In this document: in pieces, positions 52,001-64,000 of the stretch
Position numbering within the stretch: the stretch's first letter is position 1
Layout of the letters: the number at the start of each line of letters is the position of its first letter
Origin: Nageia nagi
Taxonomy: Eukaryota > Plantae > Pinophyta
DNA: 64,000 nt
Assembly: GCA_050084985.1 (NCBI GenBank)
Contig: JBITNC010000001.1
Location: 620,001-684,000, forward strand
Direction of reading: 5' to 3'
Translations under genes and position numbers: made by a program
The notes under the pieces: generated by a model
Told to the model about the DNA's origin: nothing
Databases searched by the model: none
What the model saw: the letters and a program-made list of their open reading frames with translations, nothing else

Positions 52001-52622
52001 TTTTGACCAAGTACAATAAAAGCAACTATTTAAAAATTAGAGTTCGCAATTGTTGATTACAGAAGACATGTCACCATCTTGCAGATCAATGCTATTCGAG
52101 GTTCGGTGCGTGTTGGGATTTGTATTTAGACCTGATAATATTAATAACGCATTGATATACATAAGCTGGTTGATTCCCAGGACACGAATTTGAAATCCCA
52201 AGTTTTGGAATTGGTCACCTCGCATCCATCTTCAATCATAGAGCACTTTTCGAGGACATTATCGATTGGACCGTGCAATGCCTCCAATAAAGTACCGACA
52301 ATGCTCTTACCATATCATTCACGCTTTCCCTTCCTCATCGGCAAAAATTATCTTGGAATGCGAATCTGCAACCTATCGTTTACCTATGCAAACAAAATTC
52401 TGAATAAAGCCCTAAATTCTAAGGCATTTTGAAGTAAGTTCAAAAGACACATTCCCAGGTATATATTATGGTACGAAACTTATCCAAAGCTGTTTCGTAC
52501 AAAAATAGGTGTACGTGTACCCATCGCAAATCTGTTGGCCAGTATTGACTTGAGTGATAAAAAGAAGGTTCCCAGGTGTCAGATGTTATTGCATTTTTTA
52601 TCGCGTTCGATTGTACTCCTCG

Positions 52623-52985
52623 CAGGGTTGAAATTTGACGTTTGCCCCTACCCGTCATTAAATTTTTAATCACGTTTTCAATATTTTAATACCTATCAAA
52701 ATATAATTAATTTTACTGTGTTTTTCTAAATACAATAATATTAATAAAAATATGTATTAATTAAATTAAATATAAATATTTTTAATATATATACATATTT
52801 TTAAATAAAAAATATATATAAATATTAATTTTATAAATAAATGAATTTATATTTTTTTATTATTATATAACATTTTTAACGATAATAAAAAATATACAAC
52901 CTTCACATATAAAAAGAAAAGTTGACAGTAAAAAACGTTTAGAAACCCCAAAAACATTCAATACAAACGTCAAATTTCAAGCCTG
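52623..52985. mobile_element. hAT-type MITE
   Basis: 22-bp TIR CAGGGTTGAAATTTGACGTTTG / CAAACGTCAAATTTCAAGCCTG, 8-bp TSD ACTCCTCG/ACTTCTCG, AT-rich interior. Confidence 0.85.
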
Positions 52986-54999
52986 ACTTCTCGTATACGC
53001 CATAAGTTAGCCCCTACTACTCATTATATTGACATTGTTAAACTACAATTTCTTTTTCAACTATTGTTTAGCCCATTTAGTTTCTATTGAATTAATTAAT
53101 TTTAAATTCAATTTTAATATTTTTTTTTGGTGATTTTTTTTAATTTACATAAATGTATTTAAAAATACATGAGAAGTAGGTTGATATTTTGTAAACCTTG
53201 TTATAATATATACATTTTTTTATGGATGATTTTTTTTTTCTTAAATTTCATATAAATGTACTTCAAAATACACAAGAAGAAGGTTGACATTTGGTAAACC
53301 TTGTCAAAATATATATATATTTTTTTGATAAAATGGAAAATTTTCATTGATCACCTTTATCAAATGTCAAAAATAATATAAAAGTATCAATTTATAACTC
53401 ATATATTAAATTTTATATTGTATTAAGTGTCTATTAAATGAAACTAAAATGTTATATTTTGAATTGTGATAATAATTTATTATTTACTATTTTTCATTGT
53501 AGAAATGATTTATAAATTCATTTTGAATTTTAAATTTTATTTTTATTTTAAAACTTTGTTTTTTGTTTTAGTGATTTGGCATTTCATTTCACACTTGTTT
53601 ACATTGAATCTACATTGACAATTTATGATGATTTGACGATATGCAACCTATGATAAAGAACTGTAATAAAGATTTGGTGACCATTTTTGCACTTTATCAT
53701 ATTCCCATTTTGGAGATTTGTGATGGCAATTTGGCAATGCATATTTGCCAACTTGACAATTTGACAACATGATAGTTTAGCGATTTGACAATTCATCACT
53801 AAAATATGTCCTGAACCTATTGACTTGAAGATTGCCACTAATCAAGTCAAATCATAAGTAGAAATTCCTTAATATGGGAGATGGCATCAACATTTTAGAC
53901 GACTAAAAAAATCTAGAGCTAACATAAGTCCAAAGTTTCATGGCAAGAACTTTAAGATAGGTGGTAATATGTTAGATTGCTAATGTTAGAAATTAGGAAG
54001 ATGATCAATTGCCAAACATATGAGCTAACCAAGATAACTAAGCATGCATGTGATTCAACTAGAAAAAAATAATTCAAGAGAATAAAGTTCACTTTACAGT
54101 ATAAAAAGGAAAGAGTTATTGAAAACAAAATAAAAAATCGATCTTATTCTTTTGGAGGTTCTTGTTGGAGCTTCTAATCTTGAATAGGAGCTATACTTAT
54201 TAGAGAATAGAGTTTGAATTCTAGGAGTTGAGGTGAAGTAGAGAAGAGTTGCGAATTGTAAATGTTTTATAATGGTATAGTTAATCCAAGTTGATTTAAA
54301 CTTGAATTGGCAATGCATTTTGTTGTTAATAGCTTCCAAGAGTAAATGTTTTATAATGGTATGGTTAATCCAAGTTGACCAAAAATGCATTTTATTGTTA
54401 ATAGCTTCCACAACCACGTAATTGTTCTATTTACTTGTGCTTAATTCATTCCGAGCTCATTCACATTGCTTTTTACTCATTTGAGATTTTCCACTATAAA
54501 TTCGGTGTTAATTGTTTGATTATTTGAAAATGTTGATTGGAAATCATTATATGTTTTTTGAGTTGATTTTGTTATTGAGCTATTTTATTCCATTCACTAG
54601 AAAGTGAATATTTTGAAATTAATTCTACAAATTAAAGAATCTATAGTGGTGGAATGAACACATTGTTTTGGAACTTGATTACAAATTAAGAGATATCAAA
54701 GTAGTTGTTCTTTGTAGATTATGTATATGCAAGGAAGAATATCACTACACAAAGAGTTACTTCCTTACGACCTTAGAGTCGGTTGTTTTATATGTACGTC
54801 AACTATGGTTGTATAGGGCAAAGAATAACCATCTTTGACGACTAAGGAGTTTGGTAGGCAATTTCTTGTAATGGAAAGCAATTAACAAAACTTGATGTAA
54901 TTGTTGCAAGGAAAACTATTTGGGAAGGAGGAAAATGAAACTAAAAGAGTTGCAAGTTCCTTAGTTGAGAAAGAGGACAAAAGCTCCATTTTTAATTCC

Positions 55000-55125
55000 C
55001 AAACTTTGATAGCAAACCCATTCAAGATGGAAGTGAAACAGATATTCCAATCTACAATGCATAGTTAGACCCAAATAAGTTGGATGTATGGATGAAGAAG
55101 TTGGAAGTGTAATTCAGCATAAAAG
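55000..55125 (+). pseudogene. Short Ty3 gag fragment
   Basis: NPFKMEVK/DIPIYN..LDPNKLDVWMKKLEV*F. Confidence 0.5.
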
Positions 55126-55159
55126 CTTAGCAAATCAATTTCACCATATTGAAGCTTTG

Positions 55160-56760
55160 TTCCTATATACAAAATTGAAAATAGAAACAACCCATCAAAT
55201 TATAGAATTATTAATTATCCTTTACTTGCCAATTCTACAATGATATTTTAGAAAAGAAAATTAGCAATTGGTTTGATGAAAATGATTCAACAGCTAAAGG
55301 TTACACCGATTTTAGAAGCAATTCTTTTATAATTCGCCACATCCTCACTTTTTGAATTATTGTTGAAAACTGTCGAAATGATAAAGGTCTATTTGGTTGA
55401 TTTGCGGATTTTGAAAAATATTTTGATATTGTTATTACGGGTAAACTTCTTAAGTGTATGGCTAACCAAAAAATACCTAATGAATTAAGATTTGTAGTTT
55501 ATAAGTTTTATGACCAAGTTATAGCCAAACTCAAAATTGATGCCCATTATACCTAACTTTGTTTGGTATTTATATAGATCAAATTGAAAAATATCTTGAA
55601 GAAGTAAGGTGTATAAGCATCAACCATCATAACTTCATCATTATCCTCTTACTCTATGCAAACGATACTATCTTGTTAGTTAAACATTACGATGATCTTG
55701 TAAAATAATTAAATACTCTTCAAATATTTTGCAATACATATGATTTAATTCTTAATATAGATAAAACCAAAACTATGATCATTAAATCCAAAAAAATAAT
55801 TCACCCTACAATCATTTTTAATAATCAACTCTTAGAGTTGGTTAACTCTTACAAATACTTAGGTATTAATATAAATCACAACTAAATTGGTATAATATTG
55901 ATATATTGGATAGATGAAAATCCTTTTATGGTTTGTAAAATAAGTGTAAGAATGTGAAACTTTGGAACTAGGATAAAAAGAAAATTATTTTCTCTTGCCT
56001 CATAACTCTAATAATACTCTATGGTTGTGAAGTTTGAGGTGGAAGCGTTTCACAGCAAACATGGAATACAATTGAGCAAATTAAAAAATAATTCATTGCT
56101 TATAATTTTAAAATTAAAAATAGTTGGTTTATTCCCCATTGAAAGTGAAGTTTTAAGATGATATATGTTATACAATTATAAATTGAAAAAGTTAGATCAC
56201 CTTAGGTTGTTTATAGTCACCCAACAAACTTGTTTATCCCATCAATGTATTAAAAAGAAGTTGGCTAAAAAAATTTAATAAATGTCTTAATTTTTGGGGC
56301 ATATAGAATAATATAACCCCTTCAAATAGCAATTAAAAAAAATTGCAAACTAGCAAATAAAGTAATTCATTTTTTTTGGAGTTATGCTAATATAAAAAAT
56401 AAAAGAAAACTAGGTTACCATAAAAACATCATTAATCCAAATTTTGAATAGCCATCTTATCCACATAAGATTATTAATATCAAAAAGAAAGTTGTAATTA
56501 CTAAATTAAGAACTAATTCACACAATTTGCATTGCGATATTGGTAGATGGACAATACCTAAAGCATCTTGGGATAAAAGAATTTGTAAGCTTCGTAACCT
56601 AAATACCATAAAAAATGAGACTCATTTTCTCTTTTTGTTTGTCCACTTTACAAAGACATTAGAAAAACCTACAAAAATATTTGCAATAATAACTTAAATC
56701 TATGAATTCTTAAACCAAGATAGCCAAAATTAGCTTGGTGATTTTATTATACATCTTAAT
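55160..56760 (+). mobile_element. Highly decayed non-LTR retrotransposon (RTEX-like LINE): RT and C-terminal region
   Basis: FADFEKYFD; LLLYANDTILL; NIDKTKTMI; VNSYKYLGINI; ILYGCEV*G; KLRTNSHNLHCDIGRW...RICKLR..ENETHFLF..CP.Y.DIR. Confidence 0.7.
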
Positions 56761-56804
56761 TCTATTTAAAAATATTCATTCAAATACATAATTAATACAC
56801 TTAT

Positions 56805-57302
56805 TGAAGGAACTAACACTAACAAGATAATTCCTAAACAACCAAGATCTCTTGAAAGCTCACAGTACACATCTAGCAATCTCACAAATAAGACAATCTC
56901 ACAAAGTAACTCAAGATGTAAAGTGGTTCCTCCAACTAGGAGTACATCCACTAACTAGATCTTTACTTCAATCACAAATACAACTCTTACAATTCTTCTA
57001 ATCTCAACTCCTACACTTCTATCCTATAGCATAAATTTACTACACAATTGGTGTGTGATCACAAAGAGGGAGCCTTCTATTTATAGGCCAAAATCACTCT
57101 TTGGATCACCCTTTTATCCAATGTACAATAGCATGACATGCACATCCTTTTACCCAAGGGGCATGCTCATGACATGGAGTGTAGGACAAGTTATATTATC
57201 ATATTCACCTAAATACTTAAGGGTATCATTCCTTAAGTATTAGTGAATTTACATAGAAGATTTAATACAAACCTTTACAATAATGCATTATACATTCCAA
57301 CA
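56805..57302 (-). repeat. 3' LTR of a minus-strand copia
   Basis: Minus strand TGTTGGAATG...CCTTCA, preceded by PPT AAGGGAGAG (57303-57311), with TATA CTATAAATAG near 57080. Confidence 0.65.
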
Positions 57303-57759
57303 CTCTCCCTTAACGTAATATTGGGATAGAGTGAGTAAGAGAGAAGAAGAAAAGAAAGTAAAAGAGTTCTCTTCCAAATAGATACAACGGAGATGAGAAC
57401 TTTTTACATATTTGTGAAGTAAGAAAGATCTAGTTTGAGACTCATTACTTTGCTAAATACAATCATTAACCACAATCGATTTCAATGTACATGAAGTAGT
57501 CATCCAACTAGAAGTCATGAAGTCTCCAAGAGCCTGCATACCTAAGGTACATAACCTGCAATATCAAAGGAACCTGCAAATCATAAGCAGCTCAAATAAC
57601 AAGATCAGTTAGATGCATCAAATTCATATCAACAAGGATATATGAATCACACAAATGCCATCATGAACTGATCAATGGTGCACTATTAGTCATCACGAAG
57701 ATGCCATGCCAAAAACTTATAGTCACATGTTGTACATTAAAACATGTGTTGATTATCAT

Positions 57760-58010
57760 TACAAAATAGAGCATGCACATACGAGTTTCTCACATATGGA
57801 TAACTGAACAATGCCAAAAGACACATAAGAGTTCCTCACACATGGATAACTGAATAGTGCTAGATTGACTAAAAATAAAAAGTATGCACATACAAGTTCT
57901 TCACATATGGATAACTGAACAGTGCCAAAAGACACATAAGAGTTCCTCACACATGGATAACTGAACAATGCTAGATTGGCCAATTTGTACAGTAAGTTCC
58001 TCACGTAGAG
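57760..58010. repeat. Tandem repeats in the copia 3' UTR (about 111-bp unit built from CCTCACACATGGATAACTGAA subunits)
   Basis: Visible duplication. ORF 57759..58058 repeats a 37-aa block. Confidence 0.8.
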
Positions 58011-58134
58011 TGAACTTACTACGAAGGTGTACAACAAAATCAACATTATACAGCACAAAATCCTCCTAGAGATGAAATCATCACAAATATGAATTCAACA
58101 TAAGAATTCAAACTTCATTCCCTCTTGAGGGAAA

Positions 58135-58796
58135 CTTCACCAACTTAATAGCATCCCTAAGCTTACAAAACTGAGCTTCCAAGAGGGCTTGGTGAACAAA
58201 TCAATGAATTTCAAAGTGGATGAATAATACTCTAGGTGTATAATGCCATCAAGAACCTTCTCCTTGATAAAATGGGCATGGATTTTCACATGTTTTATTC
58301 TTTGATGGAATATTGGATTCTTAGCCAAATAAATAGCCGAGTGATTATCTGAAGAGATCAAAGGTGAGCCACCTTGATCATACCCAATTTCTTTCAGAAG
58401 ATGCCTTAGCCAAATGGCTTCTTGGGCTGCAATAGACATGGCATGATATTCGACTTCTGTGGTGGAAAGAAAAATAGTAGGTTGCTTTTTGGAAGCCTAG
58501 GATATAGCACCTGAACCAATGCTAAACACATACGTAAAGGTTGACTTCCTATCATCTCTATCTCCCCCATAGTCAGAATCTGAGAATCTAGAGAGAATAA
58601 ATGAGGGCAACTTAGAATACTTGAGAGAAAAATTCTTAGTCCTTGCAACATACCTCAAAATTTGCTTAACAGCATTGAGGTGTTCAAAATTAGGTTTTTG
58701 CATGAATTGTGCCATCAAATTAATTGCAAAGGCAATATCTGGCCTGGATATAGTCAAATACAAAAGACTACCAATTAATTGCTTGTAAGTTGTAGT
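58135..58796 (-). pseudogene. Ty1/copia RT C-terminus and RNase H
   Basis: YKQLIGSLLYLTISRPDIAFA; FSDSDYGGDRDDRKST; NPIFHQRIKHVKIHAHFIKEKV. Confidence 0.9.
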
Positions 58797-60289
58797 TGTA
58801 TATTAATACATAATCATTACTCCAAGGTTTTTTGAAAGTATGATCACTTCCGGAGGTGACGTAAGCTAAGCATAACCACAATGGGTTTAAGAGTCGTTTC
58901 CGAAAGTAATTGCTTCATTATGAAAGAAGAAAAGCCCCTCAAAGTTAATGGTGAGTAGAGCATTCCGGAAGTATGAGGATGACGTCACGGGGAGAACGAT
59001 GTTCATAATTTTGAATGAAACCGGGTCCCGGAGATGACGAGGTCAGCAAGGGGTGATTAAAAAGGCCGGAGTCAGTAGATTAAGCATTCCGGAATGAAAT
59101 GATAAAAGCTCAGTTGTGAAAAAAATCGGTTCCGGAGAAAGTGAGTAGAGCATTCCAGAATAAAGAGATGACGTCGCGAAGGATAAGACATCACGTTTTG
59201 GTAATGAAACTGGGTTCCGAAGATGATGAGGTCAGCAAGGGGTGATTAAAAAGGTTGGAGTGTTGGAAACTTAATCCTTAGGGATTAAGGCAATTTATGA
59301 TTATTAATAGTTTTAGGTGTGTGAGTATGCATGTATTTATAGGAGATCAAATTAATACAATATTTGGCTTTTGGAGTTTCTCCTTCAAGTGGTATCAGAG
59401 CCTCGTTGGAGAAGATCTGGAGAACTCCATTGCCCATCCTCCAAAGATGAGGGTTTGAAGTTTTTGTTGGTTCATAGTTTCAGCTGTGTTTATGAAGATT
59501 TGAATATGTTATGGGGATTTGAATCTGTTGAAGAGAGGCAGAGGACTGCCCTAGAGATGTGAATGATGGCCAGAGGGGCCATGAGAGAAGATCATGCAAG
59601 AAAGGGGTGTTGGAGTGCATCTCCTTGCATGGATCATGAGAAGAGCCTAGTGTGGAGAAAGGGGTGTGTCTTGGAATGCACCTCCCCACATGGAGCCTGA
59701 GGAAGAGAAGAAAGTGCCTCATAGAGGAGGCATTGCACAGCTGAAAGTTAAGAATGCAGCCCTGGGCGGAGAATGAGGTCAGGCGGCATGACCCGAAAAT
59801 GGTGAAGGAAGCCATCGCCATAATCGATCGATTGAACAACTTCAGGAGGCCACCGGCTAGGAGGGAGTCAAACAGGGTGCAAACTAAGATGGCTGGGCCG
59901 GGGAAGGAGTACCTGCAGTAGTCAGGTGTGTGCCAGGATGGCGCATGACAGTTTGATGCCAGGTTCGAGAGCGGATAGGAAGAGAGACCGGTGACCCTAG
60001 TGGGGCAAGCATGCCCAGACCACGGGCCGATTCGAGACTATTCAGAAAGGAGAGCAATGGCTTTGAGATGGTGAGGGTCCATCGATGCTTCAACTGCGAA
60101 GGTGATCACTTCGCCAAGGACTACCCGAACAAGCCAAGGCAATGGTTGAACATAACACGGTAGCAGCAGACTAAGAAGAAGAGGAGGATATCAGTTAGGT
60201 GCACTTAGGAAACTGAACACCGTGCAAGTGGAGCGCGAGTCGGCTACCAAGGAGGGCAGGACTGCACGTGGAGAGGACATAGTACTGAT

Positions 60290-60700
60290 GTGCGGAAGGA
60301 TCTGGGCAGCATGAACAATAGCTGCTGGGTGAAGAAAACAGTGATAGAAGAAGAAAAGAAGGCCTTGGAGCTCGATCCTGTCACCATTAACACATGGGAG
60401 CTCATGGAGGGGCTCGATGAGGATGTGGGTGAGTCTCCCGCTAAAAGAAAAAGCATGGAGAAGGACAAGAATGAAAAGACTTCTCCTTTCCACACGATCG
60501 AGATGGACGACGCTCGAAAAGAAAATGCGAGTCCTATGGGTTTTCATGGAAATGATAACGCCTCGTCTGGCAAGTAGAAAATGAAGGAGGTGAGTAGCCC
60601 TCTTCGCAAGTTGAACGTGGATATCTTCGCTACTGGGGAAGTCAAAATCAAGCGAAGCAAATTTTTTTTCCGGAGACCATCGTTCGAACCCCAGCGGCCT
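60290..60700 (+). pseudogene. Captured N-terminal fragment of a plant glutaredoxin-domain protein (At3g28850/At5g39865-like)
   Basis: Motif DPVTINTWELMEGLDE resembles the family motif PETINTWELMEGL. Followed by FHTIE and ..KEN. Confidence 0.65.
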
Positions 60701-61514
60701 TCGCTCGATAAGTTCTAGCTGAAAGCTGAGCAGCAAAGAGGGGAAGCGAGTTCATGAGAGGAGGGCTTGCAGCAGAGCCACCATGATCAGGTAGCCTCAC
60801 GCTCTCCGTTCTCAGCGAGATTTTATTGAACAATGAAGAGGACTTCCAAGTTCCGGTGCCGATGACGAAGCCAGGGAATTTCTGGACATGAAGTCGTTCC
60901 TCGACATGTTTTGCACTAGCGATGCGCAAATTGACATGGATAGAGGTGAGGGCTTTCAAGTCGATGCTGGAAATGATGTGGACGAGGGTAACCATGTCCA
61001 TGCGGATGCTGATGATGACGTTGCTGACATGGAAGGGTGCAAGACAAGACCCAGACGAAGTTATGTGCCCAAGGAGTGGGCAAGACGAGGTTGGAGTTGA
61101 GCGTGGAGCTCCTCCGGCCAAACGGTGGACCAAGTGGGGTTCGGAACAGAGCCGCTAGGAGCTGTGGCATGAACGAGTCAGAGGAAACTAACACTGTGCT
61201 CATGCCATCATTGAGCCCGTTATTCACCTACCCTGCGTGCGTTTCTAAAACTAGCATACATTTTATTGTTGGTGGAGAATAGATTCTTTGCAAGCGTGGC
61301 ATGGACTTGCCTTATTGGATTTTGCATAGGTTTGAAGATACCATGCACCCGTATGAAATGGAGCCCGCCTGAGTAGACGTGGTGCTTTACTAGCCCTCGA
61401 GTCTGTGGACATGGATACCAGCTGACATGGAGTGAAGAACCACAGTTCATGAGATGAAAAGAATTGCTGTGTTCTGTGATGTGGAGAGTTGCATGGTGCA
61501 AAGACCAGAAAAGG

Positions 61515-61660
61515 CTCAGACTAGCTCCAATGAACTTCGGATGAGCTCCAGACGTGCTCTAGACTAGCTCCAGATGAGCTCCAAATGAGCTCTAGACGAG
61601 CTCTAGATGAGCTCTAGATGAGCTCCGACGAGCTCAGATGAGCTCCAAAAAAAGCTCCAA
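61515..61660 (+). repeat. Tandem 11-bp repeat (GAGCTCCAGAT)n
   Basis: About 10 degenerate copies upstream of the PPT. Confidence 0.85.
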
Positions 61661-63427
61661 AAATATTTTGTAGCATCCACTACACACCTTGAAGCATATT
61701 TGTATTCTCATTTATTTCTTAATCCCTTGCGATTAAAGGAGGGAATGTTGGAAACTTAATCCTTAGGGATTAAGGTAATTTATGATTATTAATAGTTTTA
61801 GGTGTGTGAGTATGCATGTATTTATAGAGATCAAATTAATACAATATTTGGCTTTTGGAGTTTCTCCTTCACGGAGTCAGTAGATTAAGCGTTTCCGGAA
61901 TGAAATGATAAAAGCTCAGTTGTGGAAAAAACCGGGTTCCGGAAGAAAGTGAGTAAAACATTCCGGAAGTATGAAGATGACGTCACGGGAGAATAATGTT
62001 CACATTTTTGAATGGAACCAGGTCCCGGAAGTGATGAGGTTAGCAAGAGATAATCGAAGAAGCGGAGCCCGTAAATTAAGGGTTCCGAAGAAAGTGAGTA
62101 GAGCATTCCTGAATAAAGAGATGACATCACGAAGGATAAGATAGTCACATTTTGGTAATGAAACCGGGTTTCGGAGATGATGAGGTCAGCAAGGAGTGAT
62201 CAAATAGCCGGAGCCGATGAGTAGAGCAGTCCGGAAGTATGAAGATGACATCACGGGGAGAACGATGTTCACAATTTTGAATGAAACCGGGTCCCGAAAG
62301 TGATGAGGTCAGCAAGGGGAATTAATAAGCCGGGGTCAGTAAATAAAGCATTCCAGAATGAAATGACGATGTCACAGAAGAAAGGCTAAAGCTCAGTTGT
62401 GGAAAAGCCCGGGTTCCGGAGAAAGTGAGTAGAACATTCCGAAAGCATGAAGATGACATCATGGGGAGAACAACGTTCACATTTTTTAATGAAATTGGGT
62501 CCCGAAGATGATGAGGTCAGCAAGGAGTGATCAAATAACCGGAGCCAGTGAGTAAAACATTTCGAATGTAGAGATGAGAACAGCAAAGAGAGATCAAATA
62601 GCCGAAGCCAGTAAATAGAATATCTCGAAAGCGATGAGGATAGCGAGAAGTCAGATCACAGTCCTTAAGAAGCTGTATCATCTACAATCTACCCAGTTTT
62701 GTAATATTCTGCCAAGTGGCATATGTAGGTAGTATCAGTTAAAAGAAGGCTAGAATCTTGAAGCCGTTTTGTAAACGTTTCTGTTTTGCAAATTCTTGTA
62801 ATTGTTGTTGCTTTAGTATAAGTATATGAAAATAAAGTGAAAGAAGGGTCGGAAGCCCTAGTATTGCTCTTTACATTTGTTCTCGAAGACCTATAGTTTT
62901 TATCAGTAATATGATACCATCTTGACCTTTCTTGTCTAGCACTCGTAATTGTCATTCTTAATTTGGTTACATCGTGGTAGCTTGGCTTGTTTCCTGAATG
63001 GTAATCGCGAGCTGCTAGTATAACTGTGTCTACTACATGGTAGAGTAAAGCTGGGAAACTATTAGAGTGAGAGCTTGTACCGTAGCTACTACACTAGATT
63101 CAGACCAAGGTTTCACACACTGTGAAAGCCCGTGCTGAACTAGTGATCCACCTTTACTTTCTCTCTTGTTACCCTAAGCCTTTTTGCTTAAATTCCTCGC
63201 ACTCTACTCCTTTTTATTTTCTTTCCTGTTACCCTAACCCTTTTGCTTAAATTCCTCGCACTCTACTCCTTTTTATTTTCTTTCCTGTTACCTCTTCTAC
63301 ACCCAATGTATAAGGAACCGGCCTTCTCCGGAGATCAGACTGTCACCATAGTCTGTTCTTGATTTACTTTGGTTAAGATTGTTCGTGGTGCATATATTAC
63401 ACAATCCTAATCAACAGTATTTCTTTT

Positions 63428-63445
63428 TGGCACGCCCGGTGGGAC
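63428..63445 (+). promoter_or_regulatory. Primer binding site, tRNA-Arg type (Ogre/Tat)
   Basis: TGGCACGCCCGGTGGGAC, 11 nt after the LTR end. Confidence 0.75.
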
Positions 63446-63564
63446 ACAAAGAAACTTATTGGCGACTCTGCTGAAGCACTATCTATGGTATGTATTAAAG
63501 CAAATTATTTGTAAATATCATATGTGCTTTTGAACCTATCACTTTCTTTTGCAACCTAGAGTTT

Positions 63565-64000
63565 ATGTGGACAAGATCTAAAACTAGAGCAGCAAAAGAA
63601 GCATCGAATTTTAGAACGTTAGATACTCCTAAGAGAAAGACCCTGATCAAGTCCAAGTCTCTGAATAGTATCAACTCCCTAAAATCCTTTACCAAGCCAG
63701 AATCATCCAATCTTCACACTAGAAATACTTCTCCTGAAATGGCTAATCCAGCTCAGAATATTTATCCGAAATGGGACAATGGAGTACCAATAGCCCTGGC
63801 AGTGTTGCATGAAATCCCAGCAAATGTTTTCAAAACCCTTCTCGAGTTTGATGCAACTGATGCAACTTCAGAGAAAAGGCTTACGAGCATTGTGTTGATG
63901 TAGCTGGCCTAGTGAAGATTCATAATATCCAACATGAAGATGTCATGGTGAGATTACTGGCTCAGTCTTTCAAAGGAAAGGTCCTAGATTGGTATAGGGG
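63565..64000 (+). pseudogene. Start of gag of the Ogre/Tat-like element (frameshifted, runs off the window)
   Basis: MWTRSK... start, then HEDVMVRLLAQSFKGKVLDWYR, a Retrotrans_gag-type motif. Confidence 0.75.

Larger units (their letters stand above)
59261..61871 (+). mobile_element. Young TRIM-like non-autonomous LTR element with captured gene fragments
   Basis: LTRs 59261-59387 and 61746-61871 (2 differences seen), PBS TGGTATCAGAGC at 59390-59401, PPT AAAGGAGGGAA, TSD TGGAG/CGGAG. Confidence 0.92.
58797..63416 (+). repeat. 5' LTR of an Ogre/Tat-like Ty3 element (about 2 kb net of the nested TRIM), with an internal repeat array
   Basis: TG start at the copia break and TCAACA end followed by PBS and gag. 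The repeat array is continuous across 59261-61871. Confidence 0.7.

Noticed and set aside
53000-54700. AT-rich DNA with short direct duplications (e.g. about 54255-54410)
   Set aside because: Low-complexity local duplications with no definable element boundaries.

Overview
Repeat-dense land-plant DNA with no intact host gene. A gymnosperm/conifer origin is inferred from the element types and decay pattern, not shown directly. The window is a deep nest of LTR retrotransposons. A SIRE-like Ty1/copia (34717-39722) is adjoined, and apparently interrupted, by a minus-strand chromovirus-like Ty3/gypsy (about 5094-34716). That element is split by a non-autonomous Ty3 element (5542-23677, TSD AAAAT). 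The most unusual feature is a family of 6-7.6 kb units with TGTTG...CAACA ends and 5-bp TSDs but no internal direct repeats and no gag/pol. Each carries one decayed ORF of about 1070-1130 codons between two TATA boxes, plus conserved terminal hairpins. There are four copies in two divergent subfamilies (1-2087, 7698-14804, 15432-21397, 24105-31701) and a 5' stub at 2309. They look like giant gene-carrying solo LTRs or an LTR-less integrase-mobilised element. The window also holds a roughly 620-bp-arm inverted repeat, a hAT-type element carrying a PPR fragment, a hAT MITE, a decayed RTEX-like LINE and a second copia. At the right end is an Ogre/Tat-like 5' LTR with two PBS-like sites, interrupted by a young TRIM-like element carrying captured host-gene fragments (one glutaredoxin-like). 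All alignments were done by eye.
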